64,000 bases of DNA from Flavobacteriales bacterium (GCA_016124845.1 WGMW01000004.1:4242-68241), one strand, 5' to 3'; positions 39,409-49,758 are shown, counted from the first letter of the stretch. Made by a program: numbers and translations. Notes: generated by a model from the letters alone, not told the origin.

Positions 39409-40317
39409 TTACGATACATATTGGAACTGCGAGCCGCTGTCTGTAATTCGGACAGCGGCTTTTTTGCCTAAAACAAGTGCGCGGTTGTCGTCAATATGCC
39501 CTGCGGGGAAATTGAAACAAATGGGATAATCGTATTCTTCCACCGCTGCGCGAATGATCTCTTCAGCCGTTTTACCGAACGGAATCGCATTGTCGTTCAT
39601 GTCGCTCATGCCGCCAATGATCAAACCTTTCAAGTTGTCCAATTTCCCGTTGCGTTTGAGGTTCATCATCATGCGATCAATGTGATAGAGATACTCATCC
39701 AGATCTTCCAAAAACAGAATTTTTCCATCTGTTTTGATGCCTGATTTTGAACCAAGAATGGAATACAGAACCGACAGATTTCCACCAACAATCTCGCCTT
39801 CCATTACACCATTTCGGTTGAGCGGATGCGATGCAAATTCGTAGCTCGGTAAATCACCTTTCAACGAGTTGATGAGTGTGGTGATCTGCACATGGTCTTC
39901 GGGCAGATCTTTCATGCTCAAAGGCATGGAACTGTGCAACGTTGCAACCCCGTAATTCTGGTTGATGTGCGCATGCAGAACAGTGATATCGCTGAATCCG
40001 CACAGCCATTTCGGGTGCTTCACAAACTCCGAGAAATCAAGTTTGTCAATGATTCGTACCGTTCCATAACCACCGCGTGCACAAAGAATGGCGTTGATGT
40101 CGGGGTCATCCAACATGCGCTGCATGTCGGCAGCCCGATCTTCATCACTTCCCGAAAACTGATTCTGCGCCCCGAACATGCGTTGTCCCGTTCGAACCGT
40201 GAAACCTGCATCAGCCAAAACACCAATGGTCGGTTCTACTTCTTCCCAGGTCAGTTTACGTGCTGTTGCAACGATACCGATTGTGCTTCCAGGTTTAAGA
40301 AATGGTGGAATTTTCAT
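39409..40317 (-). CDS. ldcA: LD-carboxypeptidase (muramoyltetrapeptide carboxypeptidase, S66 family)
   Basis: LKPGSTIGIVA and GFSDIT motifs plus a His context typical of the Ser-His-Glu triad. Confidence 0.85.
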   Translation of the reverse strand: MKIPPFLKPGSTIGIVATARKLTWEEVEPTIGVLADAGFTVRTGQRMFGAQNQFSGSDEDRAADMQRMLDDPDINAILCARGGYGTVRIIDKLDFSEFVKHPKWLCGFSDITVLHAHINQNYGVATLHSSMPLSMKDLPEDHVQITTLINSLKGDLPSYEFASHPLNRNGVMEGEIVGGNLSVLYSILGSKSGIKTDGKILFLEDLDEYLYHIDRMMMNLKRNGKLDNLKGLIIGGMSDMNDNAIPFGKTAEEIIRAAVEEYDYPICFNFPAGHIDDNRALVLGKKAAVRITDSGSQFQYVS

Positions 40318-40329
40318 GCGACTGCGAAC

Positions 40330-40632
40330 TTAGAAATGTCTTGGCAGATCACGGCTTCCATGCAGCACGCGAACAATTCTGACGTGGTCTGCGAGGATGC
40401 GATAGAACACGACATGCGAGCCCGAAGGAAAACTCCGCAGACCTTTCTTTATCTCATTCCTTTCCCTGCCGAGTTCGGGATTGCCCACCAATTGATAGAA
40501 GACGGTATCAAGTTCCGTCAGATACTCAACGGCCTGATCCGTTCCGAATTCCTCTTCCGTATAGATGAATATTTCTTCCAGGTCTTCATCCGCTGGAAGA
40601 GAAATTTCAAAATGTCCTTTTTTGCTGAACAT
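40330..40632 (-). CDS. parE: type II toxin-antitoxin system RelE/ParE family toxin
   Basis: Start at the internal Met MFSKKGHFEI (the track ORF extends to 40680). ParE-like fold; lies directly downstream of the parD-like gene. Confidence 0.78.
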   Translation of the reverse strand: MFSKKGHFEISLPADEDLEEIFIYTEEEFGTDQAVEYLTELDTVFYQLVGNPELGRERNEIKKGLRSFPSGSHVVFYRILADHVRIVRVLHGSRDLPRHF

Positions 40633-40645
40633 GCTACGAACCTGA

Positions 40646-40867
40646 CTAACGGGTTCGGGTCTTGATAATATCCTTGACACTGCGCTTGCTTGCTGGCCCA
40701 GACCATCCTTTCTCGATTTCCTTTCTCAGATCCTCGATCATACGGTTTCTCAGGGCCTCATGCAGTCTGAGCGCATCGCGCACTACCTCGCTGGCATTCT
40801 GAAAATCGCCCGATTTGATCTGCTCAGCGATGTACTTTTCCTGCTTTTCCGTGAAACTGACGTTCAT
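40646..40867 (-). CDS. parD: type II toxin-antitoxin system ParD family antitoxin (ribbon-helix-helix)
   Basis: 73 aa. MNVSFTEKQEKYIAEQIKSGDFQNASEVVRDALRLHE matches the ParD/CopG consensus. Confidence 0.8.
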   Translation of the reverse strand: MNVSFTEKQEKYIAEQIKSGDFQNASEVVRDALRLHEALRNRMIEDLRKEIEKGWSGPASKRSVKDIIKTRTR

Positions 40868-41031
40868 AGTTTCCTTCTTTTGAAATACCTCTCAAAGATA
40901 AGCTCGATGTCCGTATTTGACAAATATGGACAGGTGCGCTGTCCACAGAACGAATGAAAGCTCAGCATTAGGACGGGCTCTTCATTCATGCGTACTCGTA
41001 TTGCTATCTTCGCAGGCCAAATTAACAAGCT

Positions 41032-43077
41032 TTGACCGCATACAAACGACATCTGATCACAGCCGCACTGCCATACGCCAACGGCCCCATCCATTTGGGT
41101 CACTTGGCAGGCGCTTACCTGCCATCCGACATTTACGTTCGGTATATGCGTTTGAAGGGTGAAGATGTGCTTTTCGTGTGTGGTTCGGATGAGCACGGAG
41201 CGGCCATTACCATCAAGGCCAAAAAAGAAGGAATTACGCCACAGGAAGTAGTTGACCGCTACGATGCGATCATCCGAAAATCCTTTGCCGATTTTGGAAT
41301 TGATTTCGACATCTATCATCGAACGTCCTCGAAGTTGCATCACGAAACGGCTTCCAACTACTTTTTGGAACTGCTGGAAAAAGATGCGTTCACCGTTCAG
41401 GAAAGCGAGCAGTATTTTGATGAGGAGGCGCAGCAGTTCCTGGCCGACCGATACATCACAGGAACGTGTCCGAAATGTGGCCACGATTCCGCATTTGGTG
41501 ATCAATGCGAGAATTGCGGAAGTGCGTTGAGCCCAACAGAGCTCATCGACCCGAAATCAACACTTAGTGGCAGTAAACCCGTTTTGAAAACCACCAAGCA
41601 CTGGTACTTGCCCATGCAGGACCACGAACAATGGTTGAAGGAATGGATCAACCAGGGAACGCTCGAAGGCAAGCAGCATCACAACCCCAAAGAGTGGAAA
41701 AACCACGTGGTCGGACAGTGCAATTCATGGATCGATGGTGGATTGCAACCGCGCGCCATGACACGCGACCTCGATTGGGGTGTCCGCGTTCCAGTTGAAG
41801 GTGCTGAAGGGAAAGTGCTTTACGTTTGGTTGGATGCACCCATAGGTTACATCAGTGCCACCAAGCAGTGGGCGCTCGACAATGGCAAGAACTGGGAAAC
41901 GTACTGGAAAGACGAGGAAACGCGTTTGGTGCATTTCATCGGCAAGGACAATATTGTTTTCCATTGCATCATCTTCCCCATTTTGCTGAAAGCACATGGC
42001 GAGTTCGTTCTGCCAAATAATGTTCCCGCCAACGAGTTCTTGAATCTGGAAGGACAGAAGCTTTCCACTTCGCGCAACTGGGCAGTTTGGTTGCATGAGT
42101 ACTTGGAGGAATATCCAGACAGGATTGACGCGTTGCGTTATTGTATCACTTCTATTCTTCCAGAAAACAAGGACAGCGAGTTCACGTGGGCTGATTATCA
42201 GGCACGGAACAATAACGAGTTGGTGGCCATTCTGGGCAACTTCGTGAACCGTGCCGTGGTGCTTACGCACAAGTACTTTGAAGGAAAAGTTCCCACTTCT
42301 GACTTCGACCAAGATGTGTTGGATGAAGTGAAAACCCACTACGGTAAGGTTTCGGAGAATTTAGACAAGTTCAATTTTCGTCAGGCATTGAGCGAAGCCA
42401 TGAACGTGTCTCGTATCGGCAATAAATATCTGGCCGATAACGAACCTTGGAAGACAATCAAAATAGACGAAGCTGCGGCTAAAAAGGTCATTGCAACCTC
42501 ACTGGCGATTGCCGAGCATTTAAAGAATTTGATTGCTCCATTCTTGCCAAACACTTCCGAAAAACTTGCTCAAATCCTTAATGTTTCAGCACCGAATTGG
42601 AATGCGGAAAGCACCATCACCGAAGATCATCAATTGAACAAGGCCGAACTGCTTTTCACCAAGTTTGAGGATGAAGAGGTTGAGAAGCAAGTGAATAAGC
42701 TGAAGGAAGCTTCGGCAGCGGCCAAACCAATTGAGCTGGAGCCTGCCAAACCGGAAACCACCTTCGATGTTTTCCAAAAACTCGACATCCGCATAGCGAC
42801 CATACTTGAAGCTGAAAAAGTGGCGAAAACCAAAAAGCTGCTCAAACTGAAAGTGGATACGGGTTCTGATCAACGTACCGTTGTTTCCGGAATTGCAGAA
42901 TTCTACTCGCCCGAAGAAATTATCGGAAAACAGGTCTGTCTGTTGGCCAACCTCGCCCCACGCGACATCAAAGGCATTACCAGCCAAGGCATGATCCTGA
43001 TGGCAGAAAGTCCTGATGGAAAACTGTCTTTTTTGCTTCCGAGCCAAGCGGTAGCCAATGGCTCATCCATAAGTTAG
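41032..43077 (+). CDS. metG: methionine--tRNA ligase
   Basis: [12 protein letters not shown] (HIGH) motif, KMSKS region, zinc knuckle CPKCG...CENCG, and a C-terminal tRNA-binding domain. TTG start per the track. Confidence 0.95.
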   Translation: MTAYKRHLITAALPYANGPIHLGHLAGAYLPSDIYVRYMRLKGEDVLFVCGSDEHGAAITIKAKKEGITPQEVVDRYDAIIRKSFADFGIDFDIYHRTSSKLHHETASNYFLELLEKDAFTVQESEQYFDEEAQQFLADRYITGTCPKCGHDSAFGDQCENCGSALSPTELIDPKSTLSGSKPVLKTTKHWYLPMQDHEQWLKEWINQGTLEGKQHHNPKEWKNHVVGQCNSWIDGGLQPRAMTRDLDWGVRVPVEGAEGKVLYVWLDAPIGYISATKQWALDNGKNWETYWKDEETRLVHFIGKDNIVFHCIIFPILLKAHGEFVLPNNVPANEFLNLEGQKLSTSRNWAVWLHEYLEEYPDRIDALRYCITSILPENKDSEFTWADYQARNNNELVAILGNFVNRAVVLTHKYFEGKVPTSDFDQDVLDEVKTHYGKVSENLDKFNFRQALSEAMNVSRIGNKYLADNEPWKTIKIDEAAAKKVIATSLAIAEHLKNLIAPFLPNTSEKLAQILNVSAPNWNAESTITEDHQLNKAELLFTKFEDEEVEKQVNKLKEASAAAKPIELEPAKPETTFDVFQKLDIRIATILEAEKVAKTKKLLKLKVDTGSDQRTVVSGIAEFYSPEEIIGKQVCLLANLAPRDIKGITSQGMILMAESPDGKLSFLLPSQAVANGSSIS

Positions 43078-43109
43078 AAGGGGTTATTTTTGCCCCGCCT
43101 TTCGGCAAT

Positions 43110-43151
43110 GGCCTCGTAGTTCAATGGATAGAATAGAAGTTTCCTAAACTT
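43110..43151 (+). repeat. 42-nt duplicate of the 5' portion (acceptor to anticodon stem) of tRNA-Arg(CCT); left attachment-site repeat of the integrated element
   Basis: GGCCTCGTAGTTCAATGGATAGAATAGAAGTTTCCTAAACTT is 41/42 identical to 49678-49719 in the intact tRNA. Confidence 0.75.
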
Positions 43152-43298
43152 GGTCAATATAACACATTGATTTTCAAATAAGTAAGCAAGTTTTTATCGA
43201 GCTTATTGTCAAACATTTAAGGTACCGCTCTTTTATGTTTACGCAGCTAGAAAATAATTGAAATCGGATCACGCATAGCGTGATCCGATTCATCACAT

Positions 43299-43784
43299 TT
43301 ACTCTTCAATGACAATGACATCATTGAATGTTGTACTGAATTGCTCAACCTGATGGGTTGGAACTATGACCACGATTCTTTCAGCGCCTAGCGCATGAGC
43401 AACACTCAATCGATGTTTGCCGTCATGAACCCAAATCTTGTTAGGCATTGGATGGGCTTGGAAATGCTTGTCTCTAAACAGCACCATAGGTGGTGTTAGT
43501 GGAACAGCCTCTTCCCATTCCAAAAGAATCTCGCATAGGGTTTCTCGGATTTGGTCACGTCTAAAAAGATGTGGTTCCCTCACGATTGGGGCGTACAATT
43601 CATCAAAGTGCTGTACCAAGTCGTCCATTGGAACTTCAATTATTGATAGCCCTTCTGGAATGATTCGTTGTACAGGTGCGTTGATGTGTTCATCGATGTC
43701 ATCAATGTCATTGAACGACCTGTGAAAAATTGGTTCAACCTGAGCAAAATGCCCATGGTTAAATAGTCTAATTACTTCTTCCAT
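43299..43784 (-). CDS. ParB/sulfiredoxin-fold (ParB-like nuclease domain) protein
   Basis: 161 aa. ...IWVHDGKHRLSVAHALGAERIVVIV resembles the ParB N-terminal (V/I)DGHHR...A motif region. Confidence 0.45.
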   Translation of the reverse strand: MEEVIRLFNHGHFAQVEPIFHRSFNDIDDIDEHINAPVQRIIPEGLSIIEVPMDDLVQHFDELYAPIVREPHLFRRDQIRETLCEILLEWEEAVPLTPPMVLFRDKHFQAHPMPNKIWVHDGKHRLSVAHALGAERIVVIVPTHQVEQFSTTFNDVIVIEE

Positions 43785-44119
43785 TGCTTTGAAGATTTCG
43801 TTTATAAAGTATCTCGGAACCAGTGTCCCTTGATACTATTAGAAGGAAATGTCAAAATGTTTCACCTATGCTGAAGAAATTCAAGAAGCCCCATTCCGCT
43901 TGACAGGAACTCCCAAGCGCAAAAAACCAATACAATCGCTAAAACCACCAAGCTGTAAACGAGAATTGCCTTACCTAGTTCGTCCTGTTGACCGTCATTC
44001 ATTGGGTTAAACCGTATCAAACGTGCTGGTGTATCAAAAAATCCTTGAGACAGGAAAGATACAGCGAGCTAGAGCGTATCTCGTTTATTCTTTTGAAACT
44101 CCTGATACACCTTTTAACC

Positions 44120-44497
44120 TTACTCTATACCTTTTCGAAATCTTGCTAACGCGTACCCGATTATACTTCCAAATAATGTTCCTAGCGTACAGTCGGTAAT
44201 GTTCTCGGTATATCCAAGAATGCATATTGGTATTACCACAGCCAGAATAGTTGCTAAATCGAACGCGTACTTCCACCACTTGGGATTAAACAGGTCGGCA
44301 AGGGATTTGCCTATTTGTCCGAATACAGGTGTGACCTTTTCTATTATCTCGGCAAGCTGTAGTTGTTTGGCTTGTTCCTCAAGTACTGAGGTCATTTGAG
44401 TAACCTGCTGCTTCAGTCCTTGATTCTCTTTGGTTAACTGTTCAATGATGTCTTCTGGTCGTGCTTCTGGTTGATGTTCCTGTTCTTCTTTGCTCAT
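44120..44497 (-). CDS. hypothetical coiled-coil protein with a C-terminal transmembrane segment
   Basis: 125-aa ORF inside the element. Confidence 0.4.
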   Translation of the reverse strand: MSKEEQEHQPEARPEDIIEQLTKENQGLKQQVTQMTSVLEEQAKQLQLAEIIEKVTPVFGQIGKSLADLFNPKWWKYAFDLATILAVVIPICILGYTENITDCTLGTLFGSIIGYALARFRKGIE

Positions 44498-44603
44498 GGT
44501 GGGGAGAATTATTTAGAAGTCCGTGATTGCAACCATCGTGCCACTAAGAAGCCAAGAATACAATAGTTTTTGAATTTGTAATAAAATTAGTTACATTAGT
44601 ACC

Positions 44604-45242
44604 ATGAAAGAAAAAGCAATAATCATATCAAGGTGTTCTACTAATGAGAACCGTCAGGATGTAACCCGTCAGTCAGAGGAACTACGGTCTAAGTATGGGC
44701 AATCGTATACTCTGGTCAAAGAATTCAGCTACTACCAATCAGGTACTAAGAATGACCAGGTGAATGATGAGATATTGGAATACGCCATTGCCAATGATGT
44801 TAAGCATATCATCGCACTCGAAATTTCACGGATTTCTCGTAAGATTTCATCGTTTGCCCTCTTCCTAGAAAATTGCAATTCTCGCCACATCAACATAATC
44901 ATAGATAACTTCGGTATGCACACCTTGCTTCCAGATGGAACGCAGAACGCCTTAATTCAGAGTACGCTTAGTATCGCGAGTGCCTTTAGTTCAATGGAGC
45001 TATCGTTGATAAAATCGAGATTGGACAGTGGACGGGAAAAATATATCCGTGATGGTGGTAAACTGGGGCGTAAGGTAGGTTCGACCGAAAGCGATGCCAC
45101 AACCCTCCAAAAACATTCGGACGTGGTAAAATACTTGAGACAACGGCAATCGGTTCGCATCACTATGAAACTCACAGGAAAAAGTAGTGGTACGGTTCAG
45201 AAGGTAAAACGAATTCTTTCAAGCACGAAGAAAGCCGCGTAA
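44604..45242 (+). CDS. serine recombinase (resolvase/invertase family) with a C-terminal HTH
   Basis: N-terminal IISRCSTNENRQD (catalytic Ser context) and a C-terminal helix-turn-helix. Confidence 0.8.
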   Translation: MKEKAIIISRCSTNENRQDVTRQSEELRSKYGQSYTLVKEFSYYQSGTKNDQVNDEILEYAIANDVKHIIALEISRISRKISSFALFLENCNSRHINIIIDNFGMHTLLPDGTQNALIQSTLSIASAFSSMELSLIKSRLDSGREKYIRDGGKLGRKVGSTESDATTLQKHSDVVKYLRQRQSVRITMKLTGKSSGTVQKVKRILSSTKKAA

Positions 45243-45257
45243 TTCACGCGGCTTTCT
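45228..45257. repeat. palindromic hairpin AAGCCGCGT-AATT-CACGCGGCTT (element-internal hairpin family, copy 1; bidirectional terminator)
   Basis: Overlaps the recombinase stop. Near-identical to the copies at 45737-45764 and 46377-46408. Confidence 0.5.
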
Positions 45258-45277
45258 TATAAGCCAAATGCTTCTGT

Positions 45278-45712
45278 TCACTTGGAACGCCTAGATTCCA
45301 CTCCCTCCTTAAATCCCTTGCAATAGCAGGGCGTTGGATTTATAAGTGAGTTGGCTGATTGATTGTGTCTCTGAACATAACTATGACAGCAACTGCTACA
45401 GTCACTACCCATATCAGAAACCATCTGACCAGCCGCAAAGCCTCGGTCATAGTCTGCTGGTCTACTACTACAATCTATGGCTTTTGGGGAATCACCACCA
45501 GTCAATTCAGCAAACCCAATCACCACCACAAGTGTTAAACACAACGTTATATACATGGAAGCCAGTAGTATCGACATCCTTCCCTTAGTAAATGCCTCCC
45601 ATACACCTACTTTCGCTATGTGCCCTTGATTCTCTCTATAGAACTTCTGAAGCAAATAAATGCTGTAAAGCAGCAGCAGAAGAAAGATTCCATTTATCAC
45701 CCAAACCATCAT
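45278..45712 (-). CDS. hypothetical membrane protein
   Basis: 144 aa with 3 hydrophobic segments. Inside the element. Confidence 0.4.
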   Translation of the reverse strand: MMVWVINGIFLLLLLYSIYLLQKFYRENQGHIAKVGVWEAFTKGRMSILLASMYITLCLTLVVVIGFAELTGGDSPKAIDCSSRPADYDRGFAAGQMVSDMGSDCSSCCHSYVQRHNQSANSLINPTPCYCKGFKEGVESRRSK

Positions 45713-45736
45713 TAAATCTAAGGATTACAATTGGAG

Positions 45737-45764
45737 GGAAAGCCGCGTGATCACGCGGCTTTCT
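45737..45764. repeat. perfect palindrome GGAAAGCCGCGTGATCACGCGGCTTTCC (hairpin family copy 2)
   Basis: Seen directly in sequence, between two minus-strand element genes. Confidence 0.5.
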
Positions 45765-45778
45765 CCATTAATATTTGT

Positions 45779-46021
45779 TCAATCACATGAACAGGTGGTT
45801 TGTGCATCACCAAGTTCGTTTTCCACCCAGTCTGTCCATTCTTCGGCATCATCAAACAGTGGGTTATTATCGGAAATGTCTTCCCAGCAAACGCCTTGTT
45901 CATAATTGGCGTAAATCGGAGTGTTCACATCTGAACATTGACAACATGGGTTTGAATTCTGACTGCATGATACAAGCAGAAGTGAGACAACCAGTAGAGG
46001 TAATGCATTGATTCTTTTCAT
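45779..46021 (-). CDS. hypothetical Cys-rich small lipoprotein
   Basis: 80 aa. Lipobox LLVSC, multiple Cys residues, acidic C-terminus. Confidence 0.4.
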   Translation of the reverse strand: MKRINALPLLVVSLLLVSCSQNSNPCCQCSDVNTPIYANYEQGVCWEDISDNNPLFDDAEEWTDWVENELGDAQTTCSCD

Positions 46022-46118
46022 GTGTTGTGATTTGGATTAATAGTTCCCCGTAAACATATAAAAATAGGTTCACATGTGAACCTATTGGGTCGAGGTCTCA
46101 TTTGCACCTTTCCAGTTC

Positions 46119-46346
46119 ATGGAATCTGAACGGGAAGTAACATTTCGAACGGCATTTGGGGAGCGTGTGAGACGTTTACGAATTGAAAAGGGGCTAAGCC
46201 AATACCAACTGGCGGACATTAGCAATCTGGACAGGTCAACCATCAAAAGAGTGGAAGCTGGCACAATAAACACCACTTTGGAAACCGCAAAGGCTATTGC
46301 CGAGGCTCTCGGAATGACACTAAGCGAGTTGGTTGACCTTGGTTAA
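46119..46346 (+). CDS. XRE family helix-turn-helix transcriptional regulator
   Basis: 75 aa. RLRIEKGLSQYQLADISNLDRSTIKRVE matches the Cro/C1-type HTH. Confidence 0.75.
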   Translation: MESEREVTFRTAFGERVRRLRIEKGLSQYQLADISNLDRSTIKRVEAGTINTTLETAKAIAEALGMTLSELVDLG

Positions 46347-46376
46347 TTGCATGGTATAAATCATTATCGGTATGAA

Positions 46377-46408
46377 GGAAAGAGCCGCGTGATCACGCGG
46401 CTCTTTCC
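46377..46408. repeat. palindrome GGAAAGAGCCGCGTGATCACGCGGCTCTTTCC (hairpin family copy 3)
   Basis: Seen directly in sequence, downstream of the XRE gene. Confidence 0.5.
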
Positions 46409-46759
46409 TCTTATTAAATCTCTAGTTGTTGCTGAATCTGTCCTATTTCTTTCCGCAGCTTTAGAATCATCAACTGTTTGCGGTATCGTTCTTTCTTAGC
46501 TAAATCGGTTTCCACCTCCACTTTTTTCTCGGCAACCGCTATTCTGCTGTCTATGTCATCTGTCATATCACTTCCTCTTCAATTGTCCTCCACGATGCGG
46601 AGGTTATTCGTCAAATTCATCATAGCGAACACGTGTTCATATCTCCCCTTTTTGGTACAGATTTTCCAAAAAATTTGCGAGGCACATGACCCGTGTTTTG
46701 TACATGATTTACATTCATCACCGATGAGTTAGGTTACGTAGTCCCCGGTCCCCTCCCCG

Positions 46760-46963
46760 TCAATCGTAGGCAGGGGGGTGTAGTGTAAACTCAATTTGTT
46801 GGTAAAGCTCACGTAAAACTTTCTTCCGTTTCTCTGGTATCTGTTTCAACCATGCGTATGACCCTGTGGCAGTTTTTGCCTCTTCCAAGTCCCTGAACAA
46901 CCTTGGATAACCATATTGTAAGACGGCTTGGTCAAATATGTCTAATTCGTAATTCTCACTCAT
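46760..46963 (-). CDS. hypothetical small protein
   Basis: 67-aa ORF overlapping the upstream gene by 8 nt, inside the element. Confidence 0.35.
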   Translation of the reverse strand: MSENYELDIFDQAVLQYGYPRLFRDLEEAKTATGSYAWLKQIPEKRKKVLRELYQQIEFTLHPPAYD

Positions 46964-47492
46964 AATCTTTCGTTTTAATAGTGGTTATGGAGACCCCCGT
47001 TTTGGTGATGTATTCTATCCATCGTTCCAAGTCGTGAACCTCTTGCTGGTAATAGTTCATTTCTGAAAATGCCGTTTTCAATAGTTGTACAAACTGATTT
47101 CGGTCTTCTGCTTTGTAGTAGGCATGAATGTGATTATGCTTGTTTACCAAGCCCTGCTCGATGGTGTAGTGGATTTCCACGTCCTTGTATCCCATTCCTC
47201 TTACTGCGTACCCGATAAGCTCGTGTATGTCACTTTCGCTAATCGGTGTGTTTGGGTCTATCGTTAACGAATAATACCCTGATGACCTTGGCAACTTACG
47301 TTTTCGCTTTCGTTGCCTCTTGAATACAGGTATTAGCATGTCGTGTATTCTCCATCCGTTCATGCCATCCTTGTATAGTACAGTTTCTGGTTTGGTCTCA
47401 GATAATTGTGCTGCAATCTTCCTTACTTGTCTCACACTGAGGTCTGTTTTCTCTGCTACCTCTTGAGTTGTGTATTCTTCCTTTCTAATCAT
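46956..47492 (-). CDS. hypothetical DNA-binding protein with N-terminal HTH and a possible HUH-type (H-I-H) motif; candidate replication/mobilisation or excision protein
   Basis: 178 aa. TQEVAEKTDLSVRQVRKIAAQL is HTH-like. Also a basic KRQRKRKRK linker and a C-terminal ...KHNHIHAYY motif. Confidence 0.45.
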   Translation of the reverse strand: MIRKEEYTTQEVAEKTDLSVRQVRKIAAQLSETKPETVLYKDGMNGWRIHDMLIPVFKRQRKRKRKLPRSSGYYSLTIDPNTPISESDIHELIGYAVRGMGYKDVEIHYTIEQGLVNKHNHIHAYYKAEDRNQFVQLLKTAFSEMNYYQQEVHDLERWIEYITKTGVSITTIKTKDYE

Positions 47493-47912
47493 TCTTTAAT
47501 CTTTAATTAAGTCCATGTCACACCCTAGTCGGAGTATCATTTGACCTCTAGCGTGACTTGGTTATTTATATATAAATAGGACGGTCTTAGTCAAAAGACC
47601 GATGTCGGACTGAAAAAGTCTGCCGAGACTTAATTAACCGAATATTTCAAGTACAAACCGTAACATTTGGTCAGTCTTGTGGTGACGTTTTGGACGCCTG
47701 AAAATGTGGTTTTAGAGCGTAACCATAATTTTAGATGGATAACCATCAACGCTTCTGATGAATCGGCAACTGGCTTAGGTTACGACTACCAGTTATTCAG
47801 GAGAAACAACAAACCGTTCGGTTCTAAAGCAAACATATCACGGATTTTTGACACTTTCCACAATTTGGATGAATTCGGGTGAAATTTGTTATGGATTGTA
47901 CCGCATTTCTAT

Positions 47913-49598
47913 TCACAAATCGAATTGGTCTCCCAGTGCTTTCAATACACTATCCGTTCGACCATCGTTAAACCCTGTCTTAAGATATGCATCTGTGACA
48001 CCCAATGAAGAATGTGCCATTGCTTTAGAAACATCCATGGTTGAAGCACCAGAATTCATCATAATGTTTGCAAAAGAAGTCCTTGGTAAATGAGTGCTGA
48101 ACGTCCTATCGATTCCAATGTGCTTCTGTAACTGCTTCAGGTGGCGATTGTAAACAATACCAGCTTTGGTGACTTTTAGGTACTGCTGTTCGTCTATGAT
48201 GGAGAAATCGTTCTGCTTACCAACGTTGGCAAAGTCCGAATCTTTAAGCATTCCAAAAACGAATCTAGTGGAGGTTCGTTCGTTTGTTGCGAACTCATTA
48301 ATAACGCCAACGCTATTATCAAAATGAATCCTGTTGAGTTCGGCTATTCGGGTTTTTATTTGCGTGACGAGGCTCTTGTAGAATAGCTCATAGTTCGCAT
48401 AGAGAGAGCTAAAGTCAAACTTGTATAAAGAATACGTGATACGTCCTTCTGATTCAACAAACTTACAAAGACAGCCCAGTTCTGTCTTTAGTTCTTCCAA
48501 TGTCATAGACATGATGACCTTTGCTGAATGCAACCAATACGACTTGTCAATAGCTACGCTAAGTGGCACATTTCCAATCAATTCATCTGGAAACCCATAC
48601 GGTGGTGTCGGTAACATGCCATATTGCATTTGTTGTAAAAGCCGTAGCCGTTCTTGTTGGAGTGCACTAACATCAGCCTGAGCCTCTATCGGAGCATTTA
48701 CATCCACTTCAAGCCCCAGCAGCCGCTTTAATAAATCCAAAATGATGTCCGTAATAGCAATATCGACAATCGCATTGGTTTTGAACATATTATAGACGAT
48801 TCTACCATTATGAAGATTTCCATACCTCAGAGTAACGAGGTCTGACACCCTCATTCCACCTGTGAAGAACTGAAATAGAAATAGGTCGCGAGCCTTAGAT
48901 AAGCGAGGAATATCAATTTTAGAATCTATAAGTTTAGTTATGTCATCTCGGTACAAACTTTCCTTCCTTTTCGGTTGTTTACGCCCATAATCATATGAAT
49001 AGAAAGGGTTGTTCCCAACAATCACGCTTTTGTCCTTTTTCGCGTGACCATAGATAACCTGTAATATTTTGAGATAATGAGTGGCAGTATTGGATTCCAT
49101 GCCCCCCTTCTTCATATAGAACCGAAATTGGTCTAAGAAATCTTGGGTCAACTCGGAGAACAACAAATCCGTCTTGCTCTCCGATGCCAAGAACTTCTTT
49201 AGTTTTTTGTACACGGTCTGAAGTTTTATTCGCGTACCCGTTTTATCCTTCAGCTTCGCACTGTTCAAATACCCTTGGTAAAACGCTAGAAATGATGCCT
49301 TACTGTTGGCACCATCGTATGTGTCGAACGACCTACCATCAGCCAACACCACCGAAAGGTGCTGCTCAATAGTGTCGTTGTATCCCTGGTAATCAATTTT
49401 AACCGACTTCTTGACCCTTTGTTTGACCTTATCCCAGTACTTAATGTCTAATGGAGGCAGTTTTAATGACCTTACACTGCTTTTGCGGTTTTCAACTCGC
49501 TGAAGGAACAAGTAGCCAAGAGTGTCATCTTTACTAATTTTGCGAAATATGACCTTGATACTTGAACTCATCAGTTTTGTCGAACAATTGTCAAACAA
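47913..49598 (-). CDS. tyrosine-type site-specific integrase
   Basis: 561 aa with the C-terminal catalytic region (...HLPRTSFANIMMNSGASTMDVSKAMAHSSLGVTDAYL, R...H.R.Y context). Lies adjacent to the tRNA-Arg attachment site. Confidence 0.9.
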   Translation of the reverse strand: MFDNCSTKLMSSSIKVIFRKISKDDTLGYLFLQRVENRKSSVRSLKLPPLDIKYWDKVKQRVKKSVKIDYQGYNDTIEQHLSVVLADGRSFDTYDGANSKASFLAFYQGYLNSAKLKDKTGTRIKLQTVYKKLKKFLASESKTDLLFSELTQDFLDQFRFYMKKGGMESNTATHYLKILQVIYGHAKKDKSVIVGNNPFYSYDYGRKQPKRKESLYRDDITKLIDSKIDIPRLSKARDLFLFQFFTGGMRVSDLVTLRYGNLHNGRIVYNMFKTNAIVDIAITDIILDLLKRLLGLEVDVNAPIEAQADVSALQQERLRLLQQMQYGMLPTPPYGFPDELIGNVPLSVAIDKSYWLHSAKVIMSMTLEELKTELGCLCKFVESEGRITYSLYKFDFSSLYANYELFYKSLVTQIKTRIAELNRIHFDNSVGVINEFATNERTSTRFVFGMLKDSDFANVGKQNDFSIIDEQQYLKVTKAGIVYNRHLKQLQKHIGIDRTFSTHLPRTSFANIMMNSGASTMDVSKAMAHSSLGVTDAYLKTGFNDGRTDSVLKALGDQFDL

Positions 49599-49677
49599 AG
49601 CTAGTATGTTCTACAAAAAATGAAGAATGTTTGATAATCAATAATCATATAAACTACTGATATTCAGTAGGTATAAT

Positions 49678-49752
49678 GGCTTCGTAGTTCAATGGATAGA
49701 ATAGAAGTTTCCTAAACTTTTGATACAGGTTCGATTCCTGTCGAGGCTACCA
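49678..49752 (+). tRNA. tRNA-Arg (anticodon CCT), with encoded CCA
   Basis: Cloverleaf readable by hand: acceptor GGCTTCG/CGAGGCT (two G-U pairs), D arm GTTC-AATGGATA-GAAT, anticodon arm GAAGT-TTCCTAA-ACTTT, T arm ACAGG-TTCGATT-CCTGT, then ACCA. Confidence 0.85.
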
Positions 49753-49758
49753 ACCAAT

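Larger units (their letters stand above)
43110..49752. mobile_element. ~6.6 kb integrative (mobilisable) element inserted in tRNA-Arg(CCT), flanked by 42-nt direct repeats
   Basis: Direct repeats at 43110-43151 and 49678-49719. The tyrosine integrase lies next to the intact tRNA. Cargo: serine recombinase, XRE regulator, HTH/HUH-like protein, ParB/Srx-like protein, small membrane and lipoproteins, and three near-identical hairpins. Confidence 0.7.
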
